Shown here one piece after another: positions 9,060 through 17,528 of a stretch of DNA of 64,000 nucleotides. Under the pieces are notes generated by a model. It had not been told where the DNA came from, searched no databases, and worked only from the letters and a program-made list of their open reading frames with translations. Where the stretch lies: positions 7,257-71,256 of the forward strand of contig JAFGFL010000089.1 in NCBI GenBank assembly GCA_016931055.1, given 5' to 3'. Source of the stretch: Candidatus Omnitrophota bacterium (lineage in GTDB: Bacteria > Omnitrophota > Gorgyraeia > Zapsychrales > Zapsychraceae). Numbering within the stretch: position 1 is the first letter of the stretch; every line of letters starts with the position of its first letter. Both the position numbers and the translations under genes were made by a program.

Positions 9060-9887
9060 ATGACACGCCTGGCCGATCTTCATATTCATACCTATTTTTC
9101 TGACAGCACATCCTCCCCGGAAGAAGTTGTTGAGCAGGCCCATGAGCAGGGGCTTGACTGCATATCGATTTCTGATCATGACACGATCGAAGGCATTGAA
9201 CCATCCGCTGAAGCAGCCAAAAAATATAATATTGAGGTGATCGCCGGCATTGAGCTTTCCTCAGAGATCAATGGGATCGATGTGCATGTCCTCGGTTATT
9301 TGTTTGATCTTCATGACCGGGAATTTGCGGATTGCGTTGACCGTATGCAGAATGAAAGAGTGGTCAGGATGCAGAAGATGATTGATAAGTTAAGGTCCAT
9401 GGGCATTGATAACATCACATCGGAAGAAGTCAGTGGGTTAACGCGATCTGATTCGCTTGGCAGGCCTCATTTGGCAACGCTCCTTCGGGAGAAAGGCTGG
9501 GTCACATCGACCCAGATGGCCTTTGATAAATATCTTGCGGATGACGCTCCCGCGTTTGTGCCGAAATTCAAACAAACGCCTTATGAAGCCATCGCCTTGA
9601 TCCGGAAGGCCGGTGGGGTTGCTGTTTTAGCTCATCCGATGTTAACTCATGTCGACGAACTGATCCCGGGTTTTGCGGAAGCCGGGCTTGGAGGGCTTGA
9701 AGTGTATTATCCTGGAAATTCGGATACGATTACCCGTTTTTATGAGGGATTGGCCAAGAAATATGGCTTGGTGACAACCGGCGGTTCGGATGCCCATGGA
9801 AGCGTCAAGAATCATACTTATGTGGGCAAAGTGAAGATCCCCTATGATTTGGTTGAAAAACTAAAGGATGCCCGTTGCAGGCCATAA
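9060..9887 (+). CDS. PHP-domain metal-dependent phosphoesterase (TrpH/YciV-like)
   Basis: ADLHIHTYFSD, ISISDHDT, LAHP, GGSDAHG: the PHP metal-ligand motifs. Confidence 0.8.
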   Translation: MTRLADLHIHTYFSDSTSSPEEVVEQAHEQGLDCISISDHDTIEGIEPSAEAAKKYNIEVIAGIELSSEINGIDVHVLGYLFDLHDREFADCVDRMQNERVVRMQKMIDKLRSMGIDNITSEEVSGLTRSDSLGRPHLATLLREKGWVTSTQMAFDKYLADDAPAFVPKFKQTPYEAIALIRKAGGVAVLAHPMLTHVDELIPGFAEAGLGGLEVYYPGNSDTITRFYEGLAKKYGLVTTGGSDAHGSVKNHTYVGKVKIPYDLVEKLKDARCRP

Positions 9888-9908
9888 TCGCATGTTCTTA
9901 AGGAAATC

Positions 9909-10997
9909 ATGAATGATATCGATTATATGAATTTGGCGTATCGTCTGGCTTTGAAGGCAAGAGGCCGGACGTCACCGAATCCTCTGGTCGGGTGCGTTAT
10001 CGTCCGGGGCAAGACGATCATTGCCGAAGGGTGGCATCGTCGCTGCGGGGCTGATCATGCCGAAGTTGTCGCGTTGAAAAAAGCCGGCCGGCGTTCTCGC
10101 GGGGCCAGGATGTATGTGACGCTGGAACCGTGCTATCACTATGGCCGCACACCGCCGTGTGTTGACGCGGTCATTGAAAGCGGGATTAAGGAAGTGATGA
10201 TCGGAATGAAGGACCCTAATCCGTTTACGAACGGGAAATCCATTGCGAAGCTGCGGCGGGCAGGCATCAAAACAAGAGTCGGGATTCTCCAAAAAGAACT
10301 GCGGGCCATGAATGAGGCATTTATTAAATACGCAACCAAGAAGATGCCGTTCGTTGCGGTCAAAAGCGCGCAGAGTTTAGACGGAAAGATTGCGACCGCA
10401 AAAGGGGATTCTCAATGGATCACCTCTCTAGCGGCTCGGAAATACGCGAGGCGGCTGCGTGATGATTTTGACGCCATCATGGTTGGTATTAATACGGTAT
10501 TGAAAGATAATCCAAGATTGAATGGGGCCAAAAAGACGAAAGGTCTTAAGAAGATTGTCATTGATTCTCTGCTGAAGATTCCGACTAAATCGCTTCTTTT
10601 TTCCGGGACAAACCCCTCTGATATTATTTTGGCAACAACGGCCAAGGCTTCTTTGAAGAAAAGGCTGGCTTTTCAAAAAAGGGGTGTGCGTGTCATGGTT
10701 GCCCCGCAGAGCGAAGGGAAGGTTGACCTGAAATGGCTATTTAAACAACTTGCCAAGAATGAAGTCACGAGCATTCTCGCTGAGGGAGGCGCGCAAACGA
10801 TTGGAAGCGTCCTGAAAGAAAAACTGGCGGATAAAATATTTTGTTATGTTGCGCCTGTTATCCTGGGCGATGACAAAGCCCTGGCCTCCGTTGTTGGGTT
10901 TAATATTGAGAAAATAAGTCAGGCGGTACCGCTGAAAAACATCGTTTCTGAAAAAATCGGTCATGATATCCTGATCCAAGGATATTTTGATTGTTAA
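9909..10997 (+). CDS. ribD: bifunctional diaminohydroxyphosphoribosylaminopyrimidine deaminase / 5-amino-6-(5-phosphoribosylamino)uracil reductase
   Basis: Deaminase HAEV...PCYHYGRTPPC zinc motif plus a C-terminal reductase domain (SLDGKIA..., EGG). Confidence 0.95.
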   Translation: MNDIDYMNLAYRLALKARGRTSPNPLVGCVIVRGKTIIAEGWHRRCGADHAEVVALKKAGRRSRGARMYVTLEPCYHYGRTPPCVDAVIESGIKEVMIGMKDPNPFTNGKSIAKLRRAGIKTRVGILQKELRAMNEAFIKYATKKMPFVAVKSAQSLDGKIATAKGDSQWITSLAARKYARRLRDDFDAIMVGINTVLKDNPRLNGAKKTKGLKKIVIDSLLKIPTKSLLFSGTNPSDIILATTAKASLKKRLAFQKRGVRVMVAPQSEGKVDLKWLFKQLAKNEVTSILAEGGAQTIGSVLKEKLADKIFCYVAPVILGDDKALASVVGFNIEKISQAVPLKNIVSEKIGHDILIQGYFDC

Positions 10998-11017
10998 AGA
11001 GAGGTTTGCATATATCC

Positions 11018-11608
11018 ATGTTTACGGGAATTGTTGAAGAAACTGGCGTGGTTGAGGGAATCGTGTCAAAGAAAAACCTGTCTGTCTTAAGGGTGCGCGC
11101 GCGTAAGGTTTTGGAAGGCACAACGCAAGGGACGAGCATAGCCGTCAATGGCGCATGCCTTACGGTAACCGGCAGAAAAAAGGATGTCCTTGAGTTTGAT
11201 ATGATGCGCGAAACGCTGAAGAAAACGAATCTAGGGACTTTAAAGGCAAAGGACCGTGTCAATTTGGAACGGGCCTTAAAGGCAAACGGAAGGGTCGACG
11301 GTCATTTTGTCAGCGGGCATGTGGATGATATGGGGCGGGTCAAGGCAAAGATTACGGGAGAAAATTACACAGAACTCCAAATAAGTGCCAAAAGGAATTT
11401 GATGAGATATATCGCGCCCAAAGGCTCCGTTTGCCTGGATGGGGTGAGCATGACGATCGGCGAAGTGCGAGAGGACTATTTCTCTGTGTATTTGATCCCC
11501 TTCACGTTGGAGGTAACCACACTGGGGAGTAAGAAAAAGGGTGACCGGATCAATATTGAAACGGACATTTTAGCGAAGTATATCTTGAATAAAAATGAGT
11601 TGTCTTGA
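11018..11608 (+). CDS. ribE: riboflavin synthase alpha subunit
   Basis: MFTGIVEETG start and an internal duplicated lumazine-binding repeat (GSVCLDGVSMT). The ORF is open from 10991. Confidence 0.9.
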   Translation: MFTGIVEETGVVEGIVSKKNLSVLRVRARKVLEGTTQGTSIAVNGACLTVTGRKKDVLEFDMMRETLKKTNLGTLKAKDRVNLERALKANGRVDGHFVSGHVDDMGRVKAKITGENYTELQISAKRNLMRYIAPKGSVCLDGVSMTIGEVREDYFSVYLIPFTLEVTTLGSKKKGDRINIETDILAKYILNKNELS

Positions 11609-11644
11609 CGCTCGTGAAACGATCAAGGCAAGAAGGAGGCGGTT

Positions 11645-12085
11645 ATGGAGCTTGATATTCTGGAAATCCAAAAAATCATCCCGCATCGATTCCCTTTTTT
11701 GATGATCGATAAGATTGTTGATTTGCGCCCGAATGAGAGATTAACGGCGATCAAGAACGTTTCGATCAATGAACATTTTTTTGTGGGCCATTTCCCGGGA
11801 GAGAAGGTCATGCCCGGCGTTTTGATCATTGAAGCCATGGCGCAGGCCGGGTGCATTTATTATTATTACAGCAAAAATATGCAGGACAAGGACTTGATCT
11901 ATTATTTGGCAAAAGTTACGATAAAGTTCCACAAACCCGTGATCCCGGGAGACCAGTTAAGAATTGAAGTCACCCCGATTAGGTTGATGAACAAAGTCGG
12001 TTTTTTTGCGACAAAGGCTTTTGTTGATGATCAATTGGTCGCTGACGCTGAAATCGGCTTTGGAGTGAAGGAAATCTATAATTGA
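11645..12085 (+). CDS. fabZ: 3-hydroxyacyl-ACP dehydratase
   Basis: IPHRFPFLMIDKI...FFVGHFPGEKVMPGVLIIEAMAQ hot-dog motif. Confidence 0.95.
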   Translation: MELDILEIQKIIPHRFPFLMIDKIVDLRPNERLTAIKNVSINEHFFVGHFPGEKVMPGVLIIEAMAQAGCIYYYYSKNMQDKDLIYYLAKVTIKFHKPVIPGDQLRIEVTPIRLMNKVGFFATKAFVDDQLVADAEIGFGVKEIYN

Positions 12086-12171
12086 ATATTGACCTGAAAA
12101 AGGAACAGAGGTCGTCTTTAAACCGCCCCCGAAAGAAGTATTCCATAACGGCAAAATGCTTTTTTTTCATC

Positions 12172-12762
12172 ATGGATCTAATAGCCGGTTCCGCGACCAC
12201 TCTTGCCAAAACGAAATTGATCGAAATATTAGCGAGCATCCCCTATCGCGCATGGGAAATCCGTCAGTACGGACGGCTGACCTTCGGCTATAAGAATAAA
12301 GAGCTTGTCAAACAGGCCCTGAAGATCATGGAGTGGGGGCGGGAGGCCCAGGACAATGAGTACTGGCACTTGCGTGTCATTAATGAAAAAATGAGGGAGG
12401 ATGGACTTAAGGACCCGTGGTATCTTTTTTTCCCAGTTCCGTTTCTCATTGTTGCCTTTTATATAGTTTTTACCCGACTTATAGCGGTCATTAATATCCG
12501 TGCGGCCTTTCATTTCAACGCACTCTTTGAGGACCACGCTGAGCATGTTTACGCCCAGTTTGTTCAAGACCATCCTGAATGGGAAAAACAGACGGTTATG
12601 AATGCCTTGGTCATTGAACGGGGAAACCTAAATTCATGGGCAGATGTCTTCCGGCGTATAGGGTTGGATGAGCGTGACCATATGAATAACAGTTTTCTTT
12701 TCTGCGGTCAGCCGGAACATGTGGTGGATTATGAAGGGATGCCGGAAAAACCCAAACTTTAG
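12172..12762 (+). CDS. alternative oxidase / plastid terminal oxidase-like di-iron carboxylate protein
   Basis: Four-motif pattern: LIEILASIPY (compare PTOX LETIARVPY), EAQDNEYWHL, FEDHAEHVY, DERDH, plus one hydrophobic segment. The ORF is open from TTG 12082, overlapping the fabZ stop; the start is uncertain. Confidence 0.55.
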   Translation: MDLIAGSATTLAKTKLIEILASIPYRAWEIRQYGRLTFGYKNKELVKQALKIMEWGREAQDNEYWHLRVINEKMREDGLKDPWYLFFPVPFLIVAFYIVFTRLIAVINIRAAFHFNALFEDHAEHVYAQFVQDHPEWEKQTVMNALVIERGNLNSWADVFRRIGLDERDHMNNSFLFCGQPEHVVDYEGMPEKPKL

Positions 12763-12863
12763 ATTGAGGAAATGCCTGGTGAAGCGATTTGAGAATTTGT
12801 GATGAGAATTGACGCGGGCATGCAGGGGTGATAAACTACCACGTTATGTATTGTTAACTTGGA

Positions 12864-12915
12864 TTTGGCTTATACTTATGGACGAACGAAGTTCGGAACA
12901 TAAGTATTAGCCAAA
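12864..12915. repeat. palindromic element (17-bp stem, nested inner hairpin), ACTTATG/CATAAGT family
   Basis: TTTGGCTTATACTTATG-GA-CGAAC-GAA-GTTCG-GAA-CATAAGTATTAGCCAAA, with 1 mismatch in the outer stem. Confidence 0.7.
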
Positions 12916-12919
12916 TTAA

Positions 12920-12948
12920 CCCTCAAGAAAGCTTCACTTTCTTGAGGG
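12920..12948. repeat. perfect 12-bp hairpin
   Basis: CCCTCAAGAAAG-cttca-CTTTCTTGAGGG; no adjacent T-run on the + strand. Confidence 0.6.
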
Positions 12949-13012
12949 TCACGTAAAAAAGATTATTAGTTTGCACCCGAATAGTCAAATGAAAGGGTGC
13001 GTAAAATTCTAA

Positions 13013-13039
13013 CACTTATGTCGCTTCGCTTCATAAGTG
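13013..13039. repeat. palindromic element of the ACTTATG/CATAAGT family (core AGCGAAGCGA on the minus strand)
   Basis: CACTTATG-tcgcttcgctt-CATAAGTG. Confidence 0.65.
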
Positions 13040-13050
13040 CAATAATTTTA

Positions 13051-13091
13051 TGGGGCGTAGCGCGGCTGGCTAGCGCGCAACGTTCGGGACG
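13051..13091 (+). pseudogene. 5' half copy of tRNA-Pro(CGG), truncated inside the 3' anticodon-stem strand
   Basis: 39 of 41 nt match positions 1-41 of the intact tRNA at 13234 (differences at positions 1 and 14), then complete divergence into a 10-bp hairpin GCACCAAATT...AATTTGGTGC (13093-13132). Confidence 0.75.
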
Positions 13092-13233
13092 CAGCACCAA
13101 ATTCCCGATTGGCATAGGAGGAAATTTGGTGCAGTACTTGCTTCTACAAAAAATTTAGAAAAATAAGCATTGAGGCCGTGGGTTTCCTGGCTATATAAAT
13201 TGTTCATAGAAATTTTATCTTTAAGGAGATTGT

Positions 13234-13310
13234 CGGGGCGTAGCGCAGCTGGCTAGCGCGCAACGTTCGGGACGTTGAAGTCGACGGTTCGAATCCGTCC
13301 GCCCCGACCA
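13234..13310 (+). tRNA. tRNA-Pro (anticodon CGG), CCA encoded
   Basis: Manual cloverleaf: acceptor CGGGGCG/CGCCCCG, D stem GCGC/GCGC, anticodon stem CAACG/CGTTG with loop TTCGGGA, T arm GACGG-TTCGAAT-CCGTC, then A-CCA. Confidence 0.95.
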
Positions 13311-13491
13311 ATCATGCGAGGGCCAGGACAGGCAAATCCCACCTCCCCGGCTTAGAAATGAGGAGCCATCCATAAGATGGCGACGAATTTAAGTCGTACT
13401 CAAGCGTCATCATATTAAGAAAAGCTTGAGTGCGACTATCTGGAGATATTTAAAGAATATATGTACTGCAATCCTAACAGAGGAGAATAAT

Positions 13492-13881
13492 ATGGCTGAA
13501 TCTAATCCCGTGGAAAAGGTCAAAGAGAATGCCAACCCAGGTCAGAATCAAGAACGGACGTGGGCGACCTTTTGCCACCTCAGTTCCTTATTGTTATTCA
13601 TTTTTCCTCCCATCGGGCATATTTTGGGCCCGCTTGTCATTTGGCTGATCAAGAAGAATGATATACCCCTTGTGAATGAAGAAGGCCGGGCTGTTCTGAA
13701 TTTCCAGATTTCGTGGACAATTTATTTCGTTGTCACAATGTTCCTGTGTCTTGTCGGTATTGGTTTTATACTGATTGGTCCTGTGATTTTAGCTAATGTC
13801 ATTCTCGTTATTATGGCTTCCATCAAAACAAGTAACGGCGAGAAATTTCAGTATCCCTGCACGATTCATTTGATTAAATAA
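13492..13881 (+). CDS. DUF4870-family small membrane protein
   Basis: TWATFCHLSSLL..PPIGHILGPLVIWLIKK..VNEEGRAVLNFQISWTIY pattern; GGAG before ATG 13492. The ORF is open from 13426. Confidence 0.65.
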   Translation: MAESNPVEKVKENANPGQNQERTWATFCHLSSLLLFIFPPIGHILGPLVIWLIKKNDIPLVNEEGRAVLNFQISWTIYFVVTMFLCLVGIGFILIGPVILANVILVIMASIKTSNGEKFQYPCTIHLIK

Positions 13882-13922
13882 TCCTCCGTTAGATACGCGA
13901 TGATCATAAGGAATATCAGGAC

Positions 13923-14192
13923 ATGGTTCGGGCGCATATTATTTTCTCCGGGAGGGTTCAAGGGGTCGGTTTCCGCTTTACGGTTCAAAGGCTTGCCTTG
14001 ACCCTTGGGCTAAAAGGATGGGTCAGAAATCTTCCCAATGGTTCCGTAGAGGTCCTTGTCGAAGGGGCGAAACAGAGAATCGAAGAACTCTGCCGGAAGA
14101 TCGAAGACGATTTCCAGGGATACATTCAGGATAAAGATATTGAATTCGCCCCTGCGGAAGGGAAATTCGATCACTTCCGCATTACCTATTAG
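13923..14192 (+). CDS. acyP: acylphosphatase
   Basis: [10 protein letters not shown]...[13 protein letters not shown] signature; 89 aa. Confidence 0.9.
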   Translation: MVRAHIIFSGRVQGVGFRFTVQRLALTLGLKGWVRNLPNGSVEVLVEGAKQRIEELCRKIEDDFQGYIQDKDIEFAPAEGKFDHFRITY

Positions 14193-14215
14193 CTGAAACC
14201 GGGCATGCGTTGACT

Positions 14216-14941
14216 ATGCGCTACGGAATTTTATCAGATGTCCATGGCAATTTGGAGGCATTGGAGGCTGTTCTTGCGTTGTACCAAGAAGAGAGGATCG
14301 AGAATTTCTTTTGTTGTGGTGATGTGGTTGGGTATGGCGCAAATCCTAAGGAATGTCTTGAAATTGTTCGGGGGCTCAGAATGCTTTGTATAGCCGGGAA
14401 TCATGATTGGGCTGTCTCCGGGCGGCTCAACCCGGCCTATTTTAATCCGGTTGCCAAGGAAGCGATATATTGGACGCAAAAACAACTCACGGCGGAAGAA
14501 ATCGGTTTTCTCAATGATCTTCAGCTTGTGGATAAGAACGACCAACTTATCCTGACGCATGGGTCGTTGAATGAGCCGGAAAGTTTCCATTATATGATGT
14601 ATCTGTCTCATGCGGTTGAAACATTCCGTTTAATGGACCGGAATTTATGTTTCATCGGTCATTCTCATGTTCCTCAGATTATTATCAGGCAAAAAGAGAA
14701 AATCTGGCTTTCGGATACGTTAAAAATCACAATGGAGCCAGGATGTCAGTATATAATCAATGTGGGAAGCGTCGGGCAACCGCGCGATGGAAATCCCATG
14801 GCAGGATATTGTGTTTATGATACAAAATCACAAGGGATCGAGATCAAAAGGATAACTTACGATATCAAGCTGGCCCAGAAGAAAATTCTGCAAGCCGGAT
14901 TGCCCGCATCTTTAGCGGCGCGTTTATCAATCGGTCATTAA
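14216..14941 (+). CDS. metallophosphoesterase family protein (YfcE/MJ0936-like)
   Basis: SDVHGN, GDVVGYG, GNHD and GHSH metallophosphatase motifs. Confidence 0.8.
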   Translation: MRYGILSDVHGNLEALEAVLALYQEERIENFFCCGDVVGYGANPKECLEIVRGLRMLCIAGNHDWAVSGRLNPAYFNPVAKEAIYWTQKQLTAEEIGFLNDLQLVDKNDQLILTHGSLNEPESFHYMMYLSHAVETFRLMDRNLCFIGHSHVPQIIIRQKEKIWLSDTLKITMEPGCQYIINVGSVGQPRDGNPMAGYCVYDTKSQGIEIKRITYDIKLAQKKILQAGLPASLAARLSIGH

Positions 14942-14950
14942 AAAAACACC

Positions 14951-16966
14951 ATGAATAAGACTGAAGCAGCTAAAAAAATAAAGGAGATCGCCGATGCTCT
15001 TGAAGAGCATAATTACCGTTATTATGTCCTTGCGGAGCCGACCATTTCGGATAAGGAATACGATGAACTTCTTAAATGTTTGGTTGATTTGGAACATGAT
15101 TTTCCCGACTTGAAGGATCCTGATTCTCCCAGCCAACGGATAGGGGCAAAGATCCCTTCCGGTGCGAAAGCTGTCACGCACGCAGCCAAGATGTATTCTC
15201 TCGATAATACCTATTCCATTGATGAGCTCAGAGAATGGCACAAGCGCGTCCAAAAGGGTTTGTCCGAAAAGCAAGTCGAATATGTTGTGGAGCTGAAAAT
15301 CGACGGTATTAGCGCGGCCTTGACCTACCACAAGGGCCGGTTTGTGCTTGGGGCGACACGCGGCGATGGCGCCGTGGGAGAAGATGTGACGCATAGCCTG
15401 AAAACGGTCCGCTCCATTCCTCTTAAATTAAAGCGGGATGGAAAAACGGCCATTCCGGAAGCGCTTGAAGTCCGCGGTGAAATCTATATGGCCCGTAAGG
15501 ATTTTGAACAGTTGAATCGAAAGCGCAAAGAGGCGGGGGAAGTCCTGTTTGCCAATCCCAGGAACGCGACGAGCGGATCGGTCAAATTGCTGGATACCCG
15601 GATCACGGCACAGAGAAACTTGAGTTGTTTTATCCATTCCTTCGGGATTCTCAAAGGTGAGAAAGAGTTTAAAACGCAATGGGAATTTCTTAACAGTATT
15701 AACAAATGGGGATTTCCTGTTGATCCGCATCATCGGCTCTGCCGAACCATTGAGGAGGTCATCAAATATTGTGAAGAGTACCGGGGTAAACGGGGAGACA
15801 TCCCCTATGATGTCGATGGCGTTGTTATTAAGGTGAATTCACTAGAGCATCAAGGGCGATTGGGGGCAACGTTAAAAAGCCCCCGGTGGGCTGTGGCCTA
15901 TAAGTTCCAGGCGACTCAGGCAACGACCACCGTAAAAGATATTGTCGTTCAAGTGGGGAGGACAGGAGTCCTAACGCCTGTGGCTGAGTTGGAACCGGTT
16001 GAATGCGCGGGAGTAGTGATTTCCCGGTCAACGCTTCATAATTTTGACGAAGTGAAGCGGCTTGGAATCAAAAAAGGCGACCGAGTCCTGATTGAACGGG
16101 CCGGAGACGTCATTCCGAAAATCGTTAAAGTCGTATCCGCTAAAAACGGGTCGAAAGGCGGGCCCTTTACGGTTCCAACACAATGCCCGGAATGCGGGGG
16201 AAAAATTGTTAAGGAAAAATCGGAAGATGTTGCTTACCGCTGCACAAATCTCAATTGTCCGCGTCAGTTGGAGCGCAGGATCCTTCATTTTGCCTCCCGC
16301 GGGGCTATGGACATTGAGGGGTTGGGGGAATCTGTTGTTGATCAATTGCTCGATAAGGAACTTGTCAATGACGTGGCAGACATCTATGGCCTTAAAGAAA
16401 AGGACCTGTTGACGCTTGATTTGTTCAAGGAGAAGAAAGCGGATAATTTGATTCGGGCCATAGAAAAAAGCAAGCAACAGCCGCTTTCGCGGTTTCTTTT
16501 TGGACTTGGGATCATGAACATCGGCGAAAAAGCAGCTTATGTATTAGCGCAGAGGTATGGCGGCCTGGATAGGATCATGGCCGCAAAAAAGGAAGACCTG
16601 GAATCGATCTACGAGGTCGGGGAAGTCATGGCTGATTCCATAACGGCTTATTTCCATAGACCAGCGACGAAGAAGCTGATCCAAAAGTTCCGCAAAGCCG
16701 GCGTCCAAATGATTGAACCTGCTGAACCAAGAGGGCAACAGTTGGCAGGAAAGAAGTTTGTGTTTACCGGTGAATTAAAAACGATAACACGGGGTCAGGC
16801 AAGCGCTCAGGTCAAGAAAATGGGAGGAGACGTGACGTCCAGTGTCAGTAAAAATACGGATTTTGTGGTTGCCGGGGAGTTGCCAGGTTCAAAATATAAA
16901 AAAGCCGCCGATCTGGGGATTAAGATATTAAATGAACAACAATTCTTTGATTTGATTTCAGAATAG
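14951..16966 (+). CDS. ligA: NAD-dependent DNA ligase
   Basis: Adenylation motif VELKIDG, a Zn finger CPECGG...C..C, HhH repeats and a C-terminal BRCT (GKKFVFTG). Confidence 0.97.
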   Translation: MNKTEAAKKIKEIADALEEHNYRYYVLAEPTISDKEYDELLKCLVDLEHDFPDLKDPDSPSQRIGAKIPSGAKAVTHAAKMYSLDNTYSIDELREWHKRVQKGLSEKQVEYVVELKIDGISAALTYHKGRFVLGATRGDGAVGEDVTHSLKTVRSIPLKLKRDGKTAIPEALEVRGEIYMARKDFEQLNRKRKEAGEVLFANPRNATSGSVKLLDTRITAQRNLSCFIHSFGILKGEKEFKTQWEFLNSINKWGFPVDPHHRLCRTIEEVIKYCEEYRGKRGDIPYDVDGVVIKVNSLEHQGRLGATLKSPRWAVAYKFQATQATTTVKDIVVQVGRTGVLTPVAELEPVECAGVVISRSTLHNFDEVKRLGIKKGDRVLIERAGDVIPKIVKVVSAKNGSKGGPFTVPTQCPECGGKIVKEKSEDVAYRCTNLNCPRQLERRILHFASRGAMDIEGLGESVVDQLLDKELVNDVADIYGLKEKDLLTLDLFKEKKADNLIRAIEKSKQQPLSRFLFGLGIMNIGEKAAYVLAQRYGGLDRIMAAKKEDLESIYEVGEVMADSITAYFHRPATKKLIQKFRKAGVQMIEPAEPRGQQLAGKKFVFTGELKTITRGQASAQVKKMGGDVTSSVSKNTDFVVAGELPGSKYKKAADLGIKILNEQQFFDLISE

Positions 16967-16996
16967 TTTGTCGGACGACATAAACAAAGGACTTTT

Positions 16997-17524
16997 ATGG
17001 GTTATATAAGACACAACAAGAAATGGTTCTCTGGCGCAATAGGGATCTGCTGTTTCTGTTTACTCGTTTTTGCGTTGGGCGGCTGTTCGACTTTACGGCG
17101 CAAATTTACCAGAAAAAAGAAACAGGATAGTGAGGAAAGCCAGAGATTCATCCCGGTTTTGGAGCCGGTCGATTATCCGGAAAAGACGCAGTCGCCTTTA
17201 GAAAAATACAAACGGCATTATTCGCTTTGGAGAGTATGGGACAGGGACCTTTTGCAGGCGATTGATAATGATGACAGTGATAAGCGGCAGAAATATCTTT
17301 TGGGGCAGGCCGTTGAACAATTAGAAGAGATGGGACAACTGTTAAATGATACGAAGCGATCGGAGCTCATCCTTCTGATAACCAAACTGCGAAAACTCGA
17401 AGATCAATACAATAAGCCGGTTGCCATGAGGAATACGTTCTCGATCAAGAAAACCATCGAGCGTAACTCGCGGGATATCCGAAACGGATTTGCGCCTGAC
17501 CCCGCTTGGCTCAGTTCAAAATGA
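16997..17524 (+). CDS. hypothetical lipoprotein
   Basis: Signal peptide with lipobox FALGGC; the remainder is a charged helical region. Confidence 0.5.
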   Translation: MGYIRHNKKWFSGAIGICCFCLLVFALGGCSTLRRKFTRKKKQDSEESQRFIPVLEPVDYPEKTQSPLEKYKRHYSLWRVWDRDLLQAIDNDDSDKRQKYLLGQAVEQLEEMGQLLNDTKRSELILLITKLRKLEDQYNKPVAMRNTFSIKKTIERNSRDIRNGFAPDPAWLSSK

Positions 17525-17528
17525 TCTT

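Noticed and set aside
13092-13233. Interval between the tRNA-Pro half copy and the intact gene considered as a group I intron or an integrated element.
   Set aside because: At 143 nt it is too short for a group I intron or any integrase-bearing element. The downstream copy is a complete tRNA in its own right, so no splicing is needed.
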